A stretch of 64,000 nucleotides of DNA from Podarcis liolepis (taxonomy: Eukaryota), in assembly GCA_965112155.1 (NCBI GenBank), contig OZ218102.1; one strand, written 5' to 3'. Shown here in pieces: positions 60,377 to 64,000 of this stretch. The notes below the pieces were generated by a model. The model saw only the letters and a program-made list of their open reading frames with translations, had not been told where the DNA came from and did no database searches. Numbering within the stretch: the stretch's first letter is position 1; the number at the start of each line of letters is the position of its first letter. A program made the position numbers and the translations under genes.

Positions 60377-63300
60377 CTGTTGAGAGGGGAAGAGTTTTAA
60401 AAAATAGTGGAACAGAATTTCTGGTTCTACAATTTGGAAAATACAGCTATATTATTTCTTGCAATTTTTATAGTGTAATCATTGAGTAAACCTGTATATC
60501 TGTATTGTAAATGGCCTTCCATAGCTTTTATAATCTCTTAGTTGAATGTGTAGATTTCAGAGTGTAATATATTTTGGTTTCTCCTCTCAGAGAGGGAAAC
60601 AGATCGGACTTTACTCAGAAATGTAAACACCAGACCAGGGAATTGCCAATGTGATGTCCTCCAAACATTACCGGACCATAGTTTCCACCATCCTTGAACA
60701 CTGCCATGCTAGATGGGGCTGATGGAAGTTGGATGCAACAAAATCAGGAAGGCACCATACTGAGTATTCCTGGATTAATTAATTTTGAAACTAAACATTG
60801 ACCTTTAAGGAAGAATAAGTTCATTTGTGGAAGGTATCCATGGCATAGGGTTGGATGTTTTGGGAATATTAGGATGTACTGAAATGAGATTATGAACAGG
60901 TCCTTTCACTTTGAGGTGATAAGGAGGCATAAAGCTAACTGTTAAAAAGTTAACAGCAGTGCAATCACTGTTAGATTAAATCTTGTCTAATTTTTTTAAT
61001 CAACAGGCGCTCACTAAAATGTTGGAAAAAACCGACTTTTATTTAATTTTCATTATGCCCCACTAGCGCCTGCTCTACATTGAGTTTGCTTTCCTCCATT
61101 GAGTTTGATTGATTGATTTGGATGAAAAGCAGTAAGCCTTCTCTGTTTGCCTACAGGAGAGTCAAATAGTGGTATAATGCAAGTAGATGGTGAACTGGTA
61201 AATTGAATCCAAATTTTCACCCTCAATATATTTCAGTTTTAAAGGTGTGTGTATGTCTACTATTATCCTAGATTTGTCTTGGTTTACAGAGGTATGACCT
61301 TTATAACAGCAGATTCAGCAACCAATCCTCTCTTCTCATTCAACTCATTTGCACTATTTAACTAATTTTGATTAACTGAAGAGCTTTCAGAGAAGCAATT
61401 CTATAAGCAAATTGTTACGGTCTCTGAATTTTCTCAAACATTCATCAGTATGTTAAAAAAAACCACACCCATCAGTATGTAATATTTGGATAGTTTGCTT
61501 TGACATTTTGTTCTATAAAGGATCAATCTGATTCTGAATAAAGTGTCCTGAGAAAGTTATTGAAAATTAAAGAAGTAATTAGGAAATTAGTGTTAGTTGC
61601 AAAAAGCAGAATTCTGTTAATTACTTACCTCTTCTGATAAGAGGACACTGTTTACAAACAACAATGATCTTGGCACTCATATTTTTGCCTGCTTGTTGGA
61701 TCGCTAAATTTCCTTCTTTGTAGACGTTAATAATTGATACTGTTGCATGCAAGCTTCCACCTTTAATGTTGGTTGTGATAATGGATCCAGTTATTACTAG
61801 ATAAAAGAAATACATAGGATTAATACACTGGAATGTGATTGGAACACAATGAAACAGTTACATGACCACTTCACCTTTATGTGCACAGAAGATAAAAGTC
61901 TCAAACAAGTACCGGTATGTCCTTTGGCTATGTGAGTTAGACAAGTGTCCTTTTTTATTGTGAGTTGTGTTAGACAAGTGTCCTTTTTATTGTGAGTTGT
62001 TTGTTTGGGACATTGACTGACCACCCAATTAACAAGGCCACCTTGGTGGTTCACAGAATCTTAAAAGGACTGTGATTTGGAGATGCTGTAACATTAACAT
62101 GAAGTGGAGTCAGTATCTTACACGCATCTTTCTGTCTCCCAACCCCCACTTTGCAGTAGGCTAGGTGCAGTTTGGTGGTGGGTCCAGGGTGGCATAGTGA
62201 TCTGCATGTTCCTACCAACTTCTGCCACAGTCACAATGTGCAGCAAGGCCCTGCTGGGCTACAGAGTTAGAAGAGTTTGGGTTGGCCCCTAAGTATTCTG
62301 CTAGTTGTGTTGGCCTGTTGCATTGAGACAACCACATATAAATGTTGGGTTGTAAGTTGTTTTGGGTTGCCCTGCGCAAGTTAAAGCAACTAACAATTTG
62401 AATCAAATATTATCAATCATCACAGTTTTATATCTAAATAGGTAAGGAAAAGATGCACAGGCCTTTACCATAATGAACAACTTTTGCATTGCAGAGAAGG
62501 ATTATGCAACCAGAATTACAGCAGTACATACAACAAAATTGTCACAGTGAATAAGGAATACAGGCTGTTCCAAGAAGACAACATGCCAGCATCATCACTG
62601 AATCAACACTTTCATAGAGCAACAGTTTGCTTTCTGTTTGTTCAGTTTTGTTTAGACTGGAACAGTTTTTCCCCCTGACAAACATCCACACTGTCTTCTC
62701 TGTAAAACATCTGAAGGAATATAACTGAGTCATAGACACAGTGTAAGAGATGCAAGTACTATGATCTGAAAGAATTTCCTTGTGCACTAATGGTAGTTTA
62801 CAAATAAGTGGCTCTGACCCTCCCATGAAACTACGCATACATGCCCAAGTCACTGGTTGAAAGGGGAAAAAAATACTTGTTGCTCTTACCGAAGTTACTT
62901 GAACAGTAACTGCTCTCAAGAGTTCCGCTCCTTCTGCATTTTTGCTGGCACAGTGCAACTGTAGGCTTCGCCGCTTCTCCAAAGAGGTCGAGAAAGCAGA
63001 GTTAGTGAAGTCAGTTCAAGTGTTTCAGAAGTCATTTAAAAGGGACTTTCATTTTTCCTGTGTGTTTACTCTATTAAATACAGAGAGAACTGACATTCCC
63101 AAAGCAAAAAGCCCAAATAATCCAGACACACCGTACTTCAAAGAAACCAATATTCTGTACTTGCGCCATGTACTCTTGCTGTTTGCTACAGTTCTAGCTC
63201 TAACACAGTTGTGTGTCAATGATCAAACCTCACATTCATGGTGGCACAGATGATATTCTGCATATCTAACTCTGACGCAAACTGCAGTCAAGGAGGAAAA

Positions 63301-63821
63301 GAGCTCCCGAATCTATTACAATTTTATCAGTCATGCTATGCTCCCAGGTCTTCTAAGTAACCAACCAACCATCAGCCTTCTTTATGCTCATTTTGTTTAT
63401 GACAATCTACACACAACACTGCAAGTAAGACTGCAGGGCTCATTAAAATCACAATATTCCAGACTAATGTGACATCACTACACACATGAGCATTCAGAAT
63501 GGAAGGTCCTCTTACTTTGATTTAATCAAAGCGACCCTTTTCCCCAACCTCTTCTTTACAATAAGATGATTCTTAAAAAATTAAAAAAGGATTAAGGCTG
63601 ATCCTGAAGCTTCCCTGCCTGTTCCTACCAACACCTTCAATAAAGATTAAACAATGATTTCAGACTTACTTGTGGTGGCAGGGAGGGTTACGGTAGTAGG
63701 TGATACGGTTGTAGGTATTTTTTTGGGCCTGAATTTGTAGTGCCCAATAAAGCCGTCAGCAGTTAAACTTAAATCAGACAAGAACTGAATAAGTAACTCA
63801 TTTCTCTCAGATACAATAGGC
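60246..63821 (-). CDS. PCOLCE2: Procollagen C-endopeptidase enhancer 2, 3' part (end of CUB2, linker, NTR domain); 5' exons lie beyond the window
   Basis: complement join(63670-63821,62890-62973,61629-61796,60246-60376); [28 protein letters not shown]...[21 protein letters not shown]...[14 protein letters not shown]. Confidence 0.95.
61629..61796 (-). CDS. PCOLCE2: PCOLCE2 penultimate exon (NTR)
   Basis: [55 protein letters not shown]|gtaagt. Confidence 0.95.
62890..62973 (-). CDS. PCOLCE2: PCOLCE2 exon (NTR start)
   Basis: [27 protein letters not shown]|gtaaga; tandem GAG/AAG acceptor. Confidence 0.93.
63670..63821 (-). CDS. PCOLCE2: PCOLCE2 exon (CUB2 end and Thr/Pro linker)
   Basis: tttcag|[52 protein letters not shown]|gtaagt. 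Confidence 0.95.
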
Positions 63822-64000
63822 CTGAAAGAGAACCATGCATCCTTATGTTAGGAGGGTATTTTGTAGTTGTCATATTATTTCTTGTTGAACTATATGCAGC
63901 CAACAGATTTTGTAGAACTACATACCACATAAAGAGACTATATGTGTAAATATCCTTACTAAAATTGAGTGGAAAACCGAATCTTCCTTTGTTAATCTGA

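Noticed and set aside
62542-62982. 146-aa minus-strand ORF overlapping a PCOLCE2 exon
   Set aside because: It is a different frame from the true exon and runs into intron; it has no recognisable homology.

Overview
Squamate reptile genomic DNA, probably a lacertid lizard, judged from Sauria/Squam1 SINEs with (ACCTTT)n tails and a BovB LINE. It covers the vertebrate PLS1-TRPC1-PCOLCE2 block. I traced three genes by hand with GT-AG junctions and consistent phases. PLS1 (plastin-1/fimbrin, +) has 15 coding exons at 3064-31838, giving 630 aa. TRPC1 (+) has 13 exons at 36021-56297, giving 781 aa, and a CpG-island start. PCOLCE2 (-) contributes its last four coding exons at 63821-60246 and is convergent with TRPC1. 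Introns contain many transposable elements: Sauria SINEs, a BovB 3' fragment, L2/CR1-type tails, Tc1/mariner-type and hAT-type MITEs, a decayed Ty3/Gypsy pol and a solo LTR. There is one 132-N assembly gap. I found no convincing new gene system. The most unusual features are a solo LTR whose U3 is one open frame of about 200 codons, nested beside TRPC1 cassette exon 3; an overlapping uORF and a missing N-terminal Homer motif in TRPC1; a MITE abutting the last TRPC1 acceptor; a triplicated BovB 5' junction; and a candidate gut-type PLS1 promoter/first exon. TE family names and orthologue comparisons are from recall, not database searches.
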